DNA of 64,000 bases, taken from positions 5,152 through 69,151 of the forward strand of contig DAOUKT010000003.1 in assembly GCA_034421015.1 (NCBI GenBank), written 5' to 3'. This DNA comes from Dehalococcoidia bacterium. GTDB taxonomy: Bacteria; Chloroflexota; Dehalococcoidia; Lucifugimonadales; UBA2985. Below the pieces are notes generated by a model that did no database searches, was not told the origin of the DNA, and saw nothing but the letters and a program-made list of their open reading frames with translations. Within the stretch, counting starts at the first letter, position 1; every line of letters begins with the position of its first letter. Positions 43,775 through 53,467 of the stretch are shown here, piece after piece. The position numbers were made by a program, and so were the translations under genes.

Positions 43775-46294
43775 CTACCGGACGTGGTCCGCGTAGTCCA
43801 TCCCTATGTGGCCCTTGGCCTTCAGGTTATCGTACTCATCCTCCGTGAGCCTGAGCACCTCGCGGTAGATGAAGTCGTTGTCCTCGCCCAGCCTTACGGC
43901 CGGCTTGCGCACCTTGAACTCCATGCCGGACATCTTGAAGGTCAGGCCAGGGTACAGGTGCGTGCCAATTTCCGGGTGGGTGACCTGCGTCAGGACGCCG
44001 CGCTCCCTGACGTGGGGGTCGTTGAGCGCGTGGGCGTCGTGCATCAGGTATCCGGCGACTACCCCCGCCCTCTGCAGCTCGTGGAACAGGGCAACGGGCT
44101 CCTTGTCGGCGGTCCACTCCCCGATGATCCTATCTACCTCGTCGTGATGCTCGCGCAGCGCTGCCATGCTCTCGAAGCGCGGGTCGTCAGCCAGCCCCGG
44201 CCTGTTCATCAGGCGGCAGAGAGTCGCCCACTGCTCCTGCTTGCCAATGGAGATGGCGACCCACTCGTCGTCACCAGCGCAGGGGTACGCGCCCTGCACC
44301 AGCGCCCACTGGTCGCGGTTGCCGGGGGAGCCGGCCACGCGCCCGTTGATGGTGTAGTCCATGAAAAGCTCGCCAAGGTGGGGCAGGAAGTTCTCGCCCA
44401 GGGAGATGTCGATGAACGCGCCTCTGCCGGTCTTCTCACGCTGGTGCAGGGCTATGGTGGCCGCCATAGCGACGGTGACTCCGGTGCAGGCGTCCGCGGG
44501 GACTGTGAGGGGCACACCCTCCGGCCCCATGTCCGGGTAGCCCATGACGGAGGCGTGGCCGTACGCCGCCTCAAAGGAGGTGCCGATGCCCCGGTACGCG
44601 GCCCAGGGCCCGGTCTGCCCAAAGCCGGTGATTGATATCATTATCAACCTGGGGTTCCACTCGCTGACCACGTCGTAGGTGAAGCCGAGGCGGGCTATGG
44701 AGCCAACGGCGTTGTTCTCGATGAACAGGTCGCTCATCTCGATCAGCTTGCGGAAGACATCCTTGCCCTCCGGCGTCCGCAGGTCGACCGTGATGCCGTA
44801 CTTGTTGCGTCCGTGGGCGTTGAACCCGGCGTAACGGTTCCAGGGCCTTTCGCCCGGGTCCTTGTCCGGGTACATGGACATTGGCGCGTTGGCCTCGGCC
44901 TCCCTGCTGGGCCTGGCGAACTGGCCCCGGCTGGTGGCCGAAAGCTGCTGCAACGTCTCCACGCGGACCACCTGCGCTCCCAAGTCTCCCAGGAACATGG
45001 TGCCGTAAGGCCCCGCCAGCACCACCGTCAGGTCAGCGATGCGGATGTCCTCCAGGGGAAGCTCCGCGCCGGAAGACCCGCCTGGGGTTGCGGGAGCGAC
45101 CGCCGATCTCTGACGCGGGGCGGCGGTCTCGTTCAAGACTTCCTCGGTGTGCTGTCCCAGGAGTGGCGCAGGTCTCCTTATGCGCCACCAATTGTCCTTC
45201 GTGAACACCGGCGATCCCGGGTACTTGAGCTTGCCTGCGACCGGGTGGTCGATCTCGGTGAAGTACTCCCGGAAGTCAAGCTGCGGGTTGTTGTCCACCA
45301 CCTCGTCTATGGTGTTGTATGGGGTGCACAGAAGCTCGCTGGCCTGGCACTCCTGGACAACCTCCTCCTTGGTCCGCTGCATGAGCCAGGGTATCCAGAT
45401 GGTGGTCTCGAACTCTTCCTTGAATGCGGAGTCCTGCGCGCCTTTGGCAACGCCGTATCGGGGGTGCTCGACCAGCTCCGGCCGGCCCAGAGACGCGGCG
45501 ACGCGAGGGAACCGCTGTCCGCCACCGGCAACGGAGATGTAGCCGTCCTTGCATGGGTACACCCCGTTGGGATAGCCGATCACACCCGTCCCAAGGCGCC
45601 GGCCCCTCATGCCGTTGTACTGGTAGGAGATTATGGTCATCATGCGCCCGTTGATGGAGCCCATCTGCGTATCGTGTATGGACACGTCGACGTACTGCCC
45701 GCCCATGCCCCGGTGTTTCTGTGCGTACCAGGCGAACATCGTTGCCATCGCCGCGTTGTTCCCTGCCTGGTACTGGACGTGGTTGCCACCAAGCTTCAGG
45801 GGGTAGCGGTCCGGCAGGCCGAGCCTGGTCATGCTGTTGCCCATTCCGAACAGCGTCAGCTCCGACGCCTTGTAGTCGCGGTATGGGCCGGTCTGCCCGA
45901 AGTTGGACACTGAGGTCATCACGAGGCCGGGGTTGATTGCCTTGAGCGCGTCGTAGTCCAGCCCCAGGCGGGCCATGACTCCCGGCCGGAAGCTCTCCAC
46001 CAGCACGTCGGCGTCCCTGACCAGGGACTTGACGGCATCGACGCCCTCCGGCGTCTTGAGGTCAAGGGTGACGCTCCGCTTGTTGGTGTTGAGGAACAGG
46101 AAGAGGCCGCTCTTTTCCGGGTGCGGCTCGTCGCCGGGGAAGGGGCCGAGGGCGCGGGCGTAGTCGCCGGAGCCGGGCCTCTCAACCTTGATGACATCGG
46201 CCCCGTAGTCGGCCAGGAGCTTGGTGCAGTACGGCCCAGCTATGCAGTGGGTCAGGTCTATGATGCGCAGGTCAGACAGAGGTTGCTCTTCCAT
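43775..46294 (-). CDS. tandem double-domain family III CoA-transferase (N-type half plus C-type half)
   Basis: ORF track, 839 aa. It is collinear with 37711-40278 along the whole length. Confidence 0.85.
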   Translation of the reverse strand: MEEQPLSDLRIIDLTHCIAGPYCTKLLADYGADVIKVERPGSGDYARALGPFPGDEPHPEKSGLFLFLNTNKRSVTLDLKTPEGVDAVKSLVRDADVLVESFRPGVMARLGLDYDALKAINPGLVMTSVSNFGQTGPYRDYKASELTLFGMGNSMTRLGLPDRYPLKLGGNHVQYQAGNNAAMATMFAWYAQKHRGMGGQYVDVSIHDTQMGSINGRMMTIISYQYNGMRGRRLGTGVIGYPNGVYPCKDGYISVAGGGQRFPRVAASLGRPELVEHPRYGVAKGAQDSAFKEEFETTIWIPWLMQRTKEEVVQECQASELLCTPYNTIDEVVDNNPQLDFREYFTEIDHPVAGKLKYPGSPVFTKDNWWRIRRPAPLLGQHTEEVLNETAAPRQRSAVAPATPGGSSGAELPLEDIRIADLTVVLAGPYGTMFLGDLGAQVVRVETLQQLSATSRGQFARPSREAEANAPMSMYPDKDPGERPWNRYAGFNAHGRNKYGITVDLRTPEGKDVFRKLIEMSDLFIENNAVGSIARLGFTYDVVSEWNPRLIMISITGFGQTGPWAAYRGIGTSFEAAYGHASVMGYPDMGPEGVPLTVPADACTGVTVAMAATIALHQREKTGRGAFIDISLGENFLPHLGELFMDYTINGRVAGSPGNRDQWALVQGAYPCAGDDEWVAISIGKQEQWATLCRLMNRPGLADDPRFESMAALREHHDEVDRIIGEWTADKEPVALFHELQRAGVVAGYLMHDAHALNDPHVRERGVLTQVTHPEIGTHLYPGLTFKMSGMEFKVRKPAVRLGEDNDFIYREVLRLTEDEYDNLKAKGHIGMDYADHVR

Positions 46295-46356
46295 CGCTTA
46301 CCCTCCTGCCGGTGATGGCCCGGGAGCAATCGTCTTTGGATTGCCCACAGGCCCGA

Positions 46357-47307
46357 TTAGAAGACCGCTATGGGATTGACCGGAGAGCCGGTCCCGTAGC
46401 GGATGCGCAGGGGAGCGACGGTGAGCAGGAACTCCCATCTCCCCCGCTCGGCGCAGGCGGCGGCCAGCTCTTCCAGGTTGGCGTTGTCGATGAGCCACAG
46501 CCCCAGGTGCGGGATGCCTATCTGGTGAAAGGGCATTCGCAGGTTGGGATAGCTGCTGGGCATGGGGTCGCTCACGGTGTCGCCTCCCAGGACCGCCACG
46601 CCCCGCTCTCTGACCCAGGGCAGACAGGAGCCGTGAAGGCCCGGCCATCCGTCGTCTATCGGCCTGGGGCCTTCCTCGTTGCGACGGCGGAAGTGTCCCG
46701 TGCGCACGAAAAGGATGTCGCCCTCCCTTACGCTGACACCCTGGGCCTCCTCAATAGCGTCAAGCTCGGACGGCAGGATGGTCTCTCCCAGGTCCATCCA
46801 CTTGACACCCCTGTGACGGGGCGCGTCCAGCAGGACGCCGCGGCTGACCACGCCGTCCTGGAGCAGCTCTATGGACTCCGCCGTGGCCCCCTCGCTGCTG
46901 GTAATCAGCGCCGAGGACTGGCCGTTGTACATCTTGCCGTTCCAGAAGATGTGGCAGAGGGAGTCGATGTGGGTGATGCTGAAGCCGTGGAAGGCCAGGC
47001 CAATGAAGTCTCCGCTGCCCTGGTTGGGTGGGGGAAAGGTCTCCGGCTGGTTGGCAAACCCTTCGCCGGAGCGGGTCATGTAGTGTATGGCCACGGAGTT
47101 TGAGTCCGGGGCGCGCTCGTAGGTGATGGTCCTGGCGCAGGACACCGAAACGCCGTCCTTCACCAGCGCCGCCGCCTGCCTGCGCTGCTCCGGGCCTATG
47201 TGGTTTATGGTGCCCAGCTGGTCCTCCGGGCCCCACCGCCCCCAGTTGCTCAGCGTATTGACGTACTCAAAGACCTCTTCCTCAGAGGGAATCTGCGCCT
47301 GGGTCAT
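46357..47307 (-). CDS. cyclase family protein (kynurenine formamidase-like fold)
   Basis: ORF track. Contains NWGRWGPEDQLGT and FHGFSITHIDSLCH (an HxxxxxHxDxxxH-like metal motif). Confidence 0.75.
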   Translation of the reverse strand: MTQAQIPSEEEVFEYVNTLSNWGRWGPEDQLGTINHIGPEQRRQAAALVKDGVSVSCARTITYERAPDSNSVAIHYMTRSGEGFANQPETFPPPNQGSGDFIGLAFHGFSITHIDSLCHIFWNGKMYNGQSSALITSSEGATAESIELLQDGVVSRGVLLDAPRHRGVKWMDLGETILPSELDAIEEAQGVSVREGDILFVRTGHFRRRNEEGPRPIDDGWPGLHGSCLPWVRERGVAVLGGDTVSDPMPSSYPNLRMPFHQIGIPHLGLWLIDNANLEELAAACAERGRWEFLLTVAPLRIRYGTGSPVNPIAVF

Positions 47308-47349
47308 GTCGGCACCTCCTGGTCAGCAATCCTGGTGGAGGGTCAGCGT

Positions 47350-48207
47350 CTACGATACAGCGACTTCGGCCTTCGTCACTCGCTCAAGGAAAGGCAGGTA
47401 GATGGCCGCTCTGCGCTCGTGGCCCAGATCGACGAACCGGTCGGCGTCCTGCAGCCTGAGGCTCTCGGCCTCCTCGGGCGAGAATACGGGCGGGTGCAGC
47501 TCCGAGTGGGGCAGAATGCGATGAAGGTTCTCGCCAACGACTCTGGGGTGGACCTCGTCGTCTCCGGGTATGATGACCATCGGGACGTTGATGCTCCTGA
47601 GCTCCTCCTCGGTCGCGCCGATCACGGGCTTGTCCGCCGTGAAGAAGGCGCGCCACCTGCGCATGACGCTGATGAATTCGCCGACGTCCATCGCCAGGAG
47701 CCTGTCGCGGTTGGACGGGTTCTCAGCGATGCGCTCAGCAAAGAAGTCGCTGTCCGCGACCGCCTGCATTCCGCCGCGCTCCGCCGCCTCAATGAACTGC
47801 TCGTAGTAGTTGTAGCCCAGCCTCTCCGCGGCCACCGCGCCGCCGGTGACGTGCCACAGCAGCAGGCCCTTGACTGCCTCCGGATGGCGCAGGGCCAGGA
47901 GCAGCGACACCCGGCATCCGGCGGAGCCGCCACCCACGTAAGCGGGCGAAGCGTCCAGACTGTTGAGAAGCTCGTTCAGGTCCTCCGCCCATATCTCCTG
48001 CTCCGACAGGTCGCCGCCGATGACCACGTCGGATGCGCCGCAGTTGCGGCGGTCGTAGATGATGACCCGGTAGCTGGGCGCGAGGCGTTCGGCCAGTCCC
48101 CTGACGGCCTCCATGCCACTTCTGCCGCCCGGCGTGAGGACAACCGGCTCGCCGCTGCCCATCTCCTCGTACTTGATGCTGACGCCGTCGATGAGAATGG
48201 AAGGCAT
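47350..48207 (-). CDS. alpha/beta hydrolase
   Basis: ORF track 47350-48303. The start was moved to ATG 48207 after an AGGAGG RBS. The nucleophile elbow is GGSAG. Confidence 0.8.
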   Translation of the reverse strand: MPSILIDGVSIKYEEMGSGEPVVLTPGGRSGMEAVRGLAERLAPSYRVIIYDRRNCGASDVVIGGDLSEQEIWAEDLNELLNSLDASPAYVGGGSAGCRVSLLLALRHPEAVKGLLLWHVTGGAVAAERLGYNYYEQFIEAAERGGMQAVADSDFFAERIAENPSNRDRLLAMDVGEFISVMRRWRAFFTADKPVIGATEEELRSINVPMVIIPGDDEVHPRVVGENLHRILPHSELHPPVFSPEEAESLRLQDADRFVDLGHERRAAIYLPFLERVTKAEVAVS

Positions 48208-48253
48208 GACAACCTCCTGGAAACGACTTGTGGGTTCAATGGGTGGTGCAGGT

Positions 48254-48262
48254 ACGATAGCA
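48254..48262 (-). promoter_or_regulatory. extended -10-like TGCTATCGT upstream of the hydrolase-cyclase-CoA-transferase operon
   Basis: Minus-strand reading is TACTGCTATCGTACC, 47 nt upstream of ATG 48207. Confidence 0.35.
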
Positions 48263-48463
48263 GTATATTTGCAGGCCAATGCTGAGGTCAATACGACACC
48301 CATTGTGGTGAGAAGCAGTCCGTAGCAACTAATGTTGGATTCATTGCCTTTCTGTCACTTAGATATGTCGGGAGAGACTTGTCTCCGAGTAGCGGGGTTT
48401 GACAAAAATGTAGTAACTAACTAAAGTAATAATACACGAAAATTGATAAAGGGAAGTGGCGAT

Positions 48464-48871
48464 ATGGCAATAGACCAAAAGCAAAGGTTCCGTGAAAGAG
48501 CCAGCCGGGGCAAATACCAAAGGCTTTACACCTACCTTTGCGGTCTCCCGACCGAGGAATGGAGGACGTCCTTTAGCGAGATTGAGAGAATACTCGGTTT
48601 CTCGTTGCCGAATGCGGCTCGTGATTTTCGGCCGTGGTGGGCAAACCAGAAAGACGTAAGCAGCCGCGCGCAAGCCCTCGCCTGGAGCGCCGCCGGATGG
48701 GAGACTGCAGAGGTCGACATGATTGCAGAGACACTGCTGTTCAGAAGACGGAAGGGTGATGACCTCGAACCCCTTCGGAGTCTGGACGAGATATTGCCCC
48801 CTCATCCCACGGCAGTATGGCCGGAGGGGCTTAGCCTCAGGCGGGAAGATATGTACGAGGACAGGATTTAG
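48464..48871 (+). CDS. hypothetical protein, putative antitoxin partner of the downstream VapC
   Basis: ORF track 48443-48871, with ATG at 48464. It ends 7 nt before the PIN gene. I recognised no antitoxin family. Confidence 0.45.
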   Translation: MAIDQKQRFRERASRGKYQRLYTYLCGLPTEEWRTSFSEIERILGFSLPNAARDFRPWWANQKDVSSRAQALAWSAAGWETAEVDMIAETLLFRRRKGDDLEPLRSLDEILPPHPTAVWPEGLSLRREDMYEDRI

Positions 48872-48878
48872 TCTGCCC

Positions 48879-49295
48879 ATGTTTGTGGATACAAACGTCC
48901 TGATCAACTATCGAATTCCTGGCGCCCCGCATTACGAATTTGCACGGGCACGGTTGGACGGCGCTTTTGAGAATAGTGAGGCAGTCAGAATCAGCCGTCA
49001 GGTGTTGCGTGAGTATCTGGCAGTGCTCACCAGGCCACAGGCTTGGCGGATGGCGGTATCCAGGGAAGAGGCTCTAGAAGACGTGAGCAGAATGGCGCGG
49101 CGGCTTCCTGTGCTCGAGGACGGTCCGGAGGTGACCGAGATGTTTATCAGGCTGTGCCGGGAGGTCCCGGTTGGCGGTCGGCAGATCCATGACGCCAACA
49201 TCGTTGCAACGATGCTCGCGCATGGCGAGCACAGGCTGCTCACCTTCAACACGTCGGACTTTCGCCGATACGGAGAGCGCATTGAGCTGGTTTGA
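48879..49295 (+). CDS. vapC: PIN-domain toxin VapC
   Basis: Internal ATG of ORF 48723-49295. Contains MFVDTNVLINY...QVLREYLAV...HDANIVATMLAHG...TFNTSDF. Confidence 0.75.
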   Translation: MFVDTNVLINYRIPGAPHYEFARARLDGAFENSEAVRISRQVLREYLAVLTRPQAWRMAVSREEALEDVSRMARRLPVLEDGPEVTEMFIRLCREVPVGGRQIHDANIVATMLAHGEHRLLTFNTSDFRRYGERIELV

Positions 49296-49337
49296 ATCGA
49301 CTGGAATGGCTAGGCTACTACCGAACGGAGGAGCGTG

Positions 49338-50696
49338 ATGCCGGATATTGACGACCTGCTTGCGCAGGTGGAGTCCAGCAGAGACGAGATTCTCGCTGTC
49401 CACAGGGACCTGGTTGGCATACCATCGGTGAACACGGGGTTTATGCCCACGGGCAACGAGACGCCGGTGTGCGAGTACGCCCGGGACCTGCTGGCCCGGG
49501 ACGGCATCCGCTCCGAGATACTGGAGTCGGCCCCGGGCCGGGGCAACCTGATTTCCGGCCTGGACGGAGCCTCCGGCAGGCCGGGCCTTATGTTCATGTC
49601 CCACACCGACGTTGTGCCCATCGGCGACGAGGGCAAGTGGCGCTTTCCTCCCTTCAGCGCGACTCTGTCGGGCAGCCGCATCTACGGCCGGGGCGCTTAC
49701 GACTGCAAGGGGCTGCTCACCGCCCAGCTCATGGCGACGCTCGTGCTTAAGCGCAACGGCGTGGCCCTCAGGGACAGCCTCATTCTGGCCGCGGGCGCAG
49801 ACGAGGAGCACGGCGGCAGGTACGGCTTCGGGTGGCTGGCCGATAAACACCCTGAGAAGATAACCGCGCCCTATGCGGTGAACGAGGGCGGCGGGGTGCC
49901 CATCAAGGTGGGCCAGGGCTTCGTCTATGCGCTGGGTGTGGGGGAGAAAGGCCGGCTGCAGATAGAGATAGACGTCAAGGGGGCCAGCGCCCACGCCTCC
50001 ATACCCTGGCGGGGCGACAACGCTCTCTACCCGCTGGCCCAGGTCCTGACGCGTCTCCAGGCGTACGAGGCTGAGCGCGATACATCGACTGAACTGTTCA
50101 ACCACCTGTCTACCCTTGCCATTGAGCACATGGCCGCGCCGGACAACGTCGATGAGATCATCGCTGAGCTGGAGACGGACAATCCGCCCCTCGCCTCCGT
50201 GCTGCGCGCGCTGTCGCGCATGACCGTGACGCCCACGATGGTGCAGGGCGGCGTCAAGTCGAACAGCGTTCCTGAGACCATTCGCCTCACCTGCGACGTG
50301 AGAATCCTGCCACACCAGACCGAGGACTACATGCGGCAGGAGCTTGACCGCGTGCTTGACGGGATTCCCGGCGTGGAGTACGAGGTAGACTACATGGCGG
50401 TCCCCAACTCGTCGCCCTTTGAGACGCCCTTTGCCGAGCATATCAGGGGAGCGACCGCCCGCGCCCTGGGAATGGACGGCGTTGAGATGGTCCCGTCCCT
50501 CAACACCGGCTTCACCGACTCCAGGTTCACCCGCAACCTTGGAGTCGTGACCTACGGCTTCAACGCTGCTCACCCGGACGACGACCATTCGCTCACCAAC
50601 GCCCATGGCACGGACGAGTCCATTGGGGTGGCCAGCCTGATGAACAGCACAAAGGTGATGCTGGCGCTGGCCTACGACATGCTGGCAGCCCGGTAG
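49338..50696 (+). CDS. M20 family metallopeptidase (ArgE/DapE/ACY1/CPG2-type)
   Basis: ORF track 49335-50696. Contains SHTDVVP, GRGAYDCKG and ADEEHGG. Confidence 0.8.
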   Translation: MPDIDDLLAQVESSRDEILAVHRDLVGIPSVNTGFMPTGNETPVCEYARDLLARDGIRSEILESAPGRGNLISGLDGASGRPGLMFMSHTDVVPIGDEGKWRFPPFSATLSGSRIYGRGAYDCKGLLTAQLMATLVLKRNGVALRDSLILAAGADEEHGGRYGFGWLADKHPEKITAPYAVNEGGGVPIKVGQGFVYALGVGEKGRLQIEIDVKGASAHASIPWRGDNALYPLAQVLTRLQAYEAERDTSTELFNHLSTLAIEHMAAPDNVDEIIAELETDNPPLASVLRALSRMTVTPTMVQGGVKSNSVPETIRLTCDVRILPHQTEDYMRQELDRVLDGIPGVEYEVDYMAVPNSSPFETPFAEHIRGATARALGMDGVEMVPSLNTGFTDSRFTRNLGVVTYGFNAAHPDDDHSLTNAHGTDESIGVASLMNSTKVMLALAYDMLAAR

Positions 50697-50697
50697 C

Positions 50698-52224
50698 CTA
50701 CGTCTGCCCGCGCCGAAGGGCCGACCGCAATTCACGCCAGGACGCGTTCAGCGCGCCCAGCTTCTCGCCGGACGCCTCCACGCCGCCGTACCGCTCCTGA
50801 ATGTAGGCCTCGGTGATGGCCTGAAGCGCCTCCTCCTCCGACTCCAAGCCGGCCTCCAGCCTGCCCCGGTACTCGGTGGGCGTCTCCGGCCTCCGGCGGG
50901 GGAATCCGACACTGCGGGCCTCCCACAGCAGCCCGCGATAGATGTCCCGCACGCTGAACACCGCGCCCGTGTCCGAGTCTCTGGCTGTCGAGAGAGGGGG
51001 AGATGTGGCCGCTGCCGGGACGCTCGCCTTCTTCCTCCGGAACCTGGCCAGCAGGTTCGAAAGGAATGAACGAAGATCGGCCTTGAAGCCGTCCCACGTC
51101 CACAGCGATTCGCTGACCTCTTCCGTTTCCTCGTCGCGCCGCCTGCCCCTGCCGTACCTGAGCATGGCTCGCGCAAGGATGAACAACACCAGCAGCACGA
51201 CCAGGGCAACGAGGCCCCACTTGAGAACCAGCGCCGCTTCTGGCGGGAAGCCCCGCGTCCCCTGGCCCTCCACAATCTCCTGCACCTCCGCCGGCCCGGG
51301 GATGCTCAGCGGCTGAGGCGTCTGCCCCCTTGGAAGAAGGCTTGCCAGGAACCGGAATAAGTAAATGAGCACAGTGGCAATGATCCCCAGTGGTAAGGCG
51401 ACCAGGTACACGAACGCCGTGACCAGCAAGTCGGCCGCCAGACTCAGGGGTTGCAGCAGCGCAGACGCCAGATTGAATGAAAAGACGCTCGCGACCACCA
51501 GGGAGACCGCCATTGTGGCGACGACGACGCCCAGCAGCATGGAGAACCACCTCCGGCCTACCGCGCCGGACGCCTCGTCCCGCCGCTGCATCTCCTCCCA
51601 TATCGCCTTCAGGTTGACCAGGCCCATCGATAGCAGCCCCGCGATCAGGAACCCGGCCACGTAGAAGCCCGTAGACCGGAGGGCGCTGCGGACCTCGTCG
51701 CCCCCGTCGATGAAGCCGCTGAGGGCCAGCAGCGAGACCAGGGCCGCCAGCCCAAAGAGGAACCTGCGATAGATGGCCTCAAAGGAAGGCGTTTCCATCC
51801 CGATGGTTATCCCTCGCCACAGTAGGTACACTCCAAATGCCAGGCTGCCGATTACTGCCGACCGCTGGTCTACTGCGTATGACCACCAGCCGGTGTCCCA
51901 GACGGGACGGCCTCCGCCCACCTCTAGTCGCACCACCAGGGCCGTCAGGATCAGCAGGGCGGGCAGAGCGACAAGCAGAATTCTGGCGGCAGGCCACCCG
52001 CGGGCAATGGCGGCACGCGAGACCAGGATTGCTGCGACCGGAAGGAGGATGGCGCTCGCCAGGGTCACCAGCGGCTCGGACCAGTCCACAAACTCCAGGC
52101 CGCCAATCCACACGAACCAGGGGTACGCCCACATAGTCTCCATGAGCGCCGCCAGGAGCGGGATGGCGCGTGCCGAGTCCCATTGCAGCGCCCAGTGGAA
52201 CCTGGACCGGCGTTCCTCAGCCAC
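50698..52224 (-). CDS. membrane protein with C-terminal DUF4129-like domain
   Basis: ORF track (GTG start). It has many TM helices, and the C-terminal ...DIYRGLLWEARSVGFPRRRPETPTEY...EAYIQERYGG resembles DUF4129. It is the third gene of the MoxR operon. Confidence 0.6.
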   Translation of the reverse strand: MAEERRSRFHWALQWDSARAIPLLAALMETMWAYPWFVWIGGLEFVDWSEPLVTLASAILLPVAAILVSRAAIARGWPAARILLVALPALLILTALVVRLEVGGGRPVWDTGWWSYAVDQRSAVIGSLAFGVYLLWRGITIGMETPSFEAIYRRFLFGLAALVSLLALSGFIDGGDEVRSALRSTGFYVAGFLIAGLLSMGLVNLKAIWEEMQRRDEASGAVGRRWFSMLLGVVVATMAVSLVVASVFSFNLASALLQPLSLAADLLVTAFVYLVALPLGIIATVLIYLFRFLASLLPRGQTPQPLSIPGPAEVQEIVEGQGTRGFPPEAALVLKWGLVALVVLLVLFILARAMLRYGRGRRRDEETEEVSESLWTWDGFKADLRSFLSNLLARFRRKKASVPAAATSPPLSTARDSDTGAVFSVRDIYRGLLWEARSVGFPRRRPETPTEYRGRLEAGLESEEEALQAITEAYIQERYGGVEASGEKLGALNASWRELRSALRRGQT

Positions 52225-53465
52225 TAGAGCGCCCCGTTCTCCGTGCCATGCAGCGTCACCGACTCCAGCTCCCGGGTGTACACGTCCTCCGAGACCCGGT
52301 ACACGGGCAGGCCGTTCAGCGCGTAGTCAAGCTCGCGCTCACCCACCAGTATCAGCGCAACCCGCCTGCCGGCGCGCCTGAACCGGTTCAAGGTCGCCAG
52401 CAGGGACTCGGTTGGCTCTGCGGTGATGACCGCCAGCGTCGCAGAGCCATGCAGGTTTCGGGCCTCACGGTTGAGCAGCCGCTCCAGTGGCATTGTGGGC
52501 CATCCCTGCACCTGGGCAAGAGCCTCTAGGGTGCGCTGAAGCTGGTCCGGGTGGTCGGACGGAGGCAGCCTGATCGATCCCTCTGTGTACAGGTAGGGCT
52601 CGTTGGCGTACAGGCCGACCCTGTAGCCGCTCTTCAGCGCGTGATTGGCGATGGACGCGGCTGTCATCACCCCAGTCTCCAGGAGGCTTTCGACGCGTCC
52701 CCAGATACGCACTCCGACGGTGCGCGCGTCCAGGAACAGCGCCAGGTCGACCGTGGTCGTCGGCTCAAATACGCGGCTCTGCAGTCGCTGGAGGCGTGCG
52801 CTCGCCTTCCAGTGGATGCGCTTCAGAGGATCGCCCGGGGCGTACTCGCGGGTCGATACCACGCGAACTGGGTCTTCGTGCAGGTGTCGCCTCACTCGCA
52901 GGTCGCCGAATGGGTCCCTCGACGGGATGCCCAGGTCCTCCAGGGCCACAACCTTGGGGTACACCAGCAGGTAGTCGCGCTTCTCCTCCTCCATCTCCCT
53001 GTGAAAGAAGCCGAAGAGGTCCCCGGAGCGCACGGTGGCCGGCCCGAAGGAGAAGTATCCACGCCTGAGACACTGTACCGGAAAACGACGGGTGAGGCGG
53101 TGGTACCACATGAGCGACAGGAAGCTGGTGAGGAATGCCCGGCCTGTCTTGTGCCCCGGCGACGTTCGCGTGGTGAGGAAGGTCAGGTCATCGGGCACGT
53201 CGTCCTGGACCTGGACCCAGGGCATTGGCAGGATCTTGGCGTTGGAGACGCGCATGTCCAGCGTAATCGTCTCGCCGAAGAAAGCCTTGGTCGCGCTGAG
53301 GCGGCGGCTGTACTCCACGCGCTCCAGGGCGTAGCGGGCCCACAGCCGGGCAACGCCGGAGGCGATGAGGAAGAACATGGCGATGAGCAGGAGCATCGCG
53401 TGCTGCAGGGCGACGGCCGCCGCAATGATGCCAAGCGCGATGAACAGCCAGGCTCTGCCCAGCAC
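52224..53465 (-). CDS. DUF58 domain protein
   Basis: ORF track 52224-53540. A more likely start is GTG 53465, just after the MoxR stop. TREYAPGDPLKRIHWKASARL is the DUF58 signature. Confidence 0.75.
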   Translation of the reverse strand: MLGRAWLFIALGIIAAAVALQHAMLLLIAMFFLIASGVARLWARYALERVEYSRRLSATKAFFGETITLDMRVSNAKILPMPWVQVQDDVPDDLTFLTTRTSPGHKTGRAFLTSFLSLMWYHRLTRRFPVQCLRRGYFSFGPATVRSGDLFGFFHREMEEEKRDYLLVYPKVVALEDLGIPSRDPFGDLRVRRHLHEDPVRVVSTREYAPGDPLKRIHWKASARLQRLQSRVFEPTTTVDLALFLDARTVGVRIWGRVESLLETGVMTAASIANHALKSGYRVGLYANEPYLYTEGSIRLPPSDHPDQLQRTLEALAQVQGWPTMPLERLLNREARNLHGSATLAVITAEPTESLLATLNRFRRAGRRVALILVGERELDYALNGLPVYRVSEDVYTRELESVTLHGTENGAL

Positions 53466-53467
53466 TG

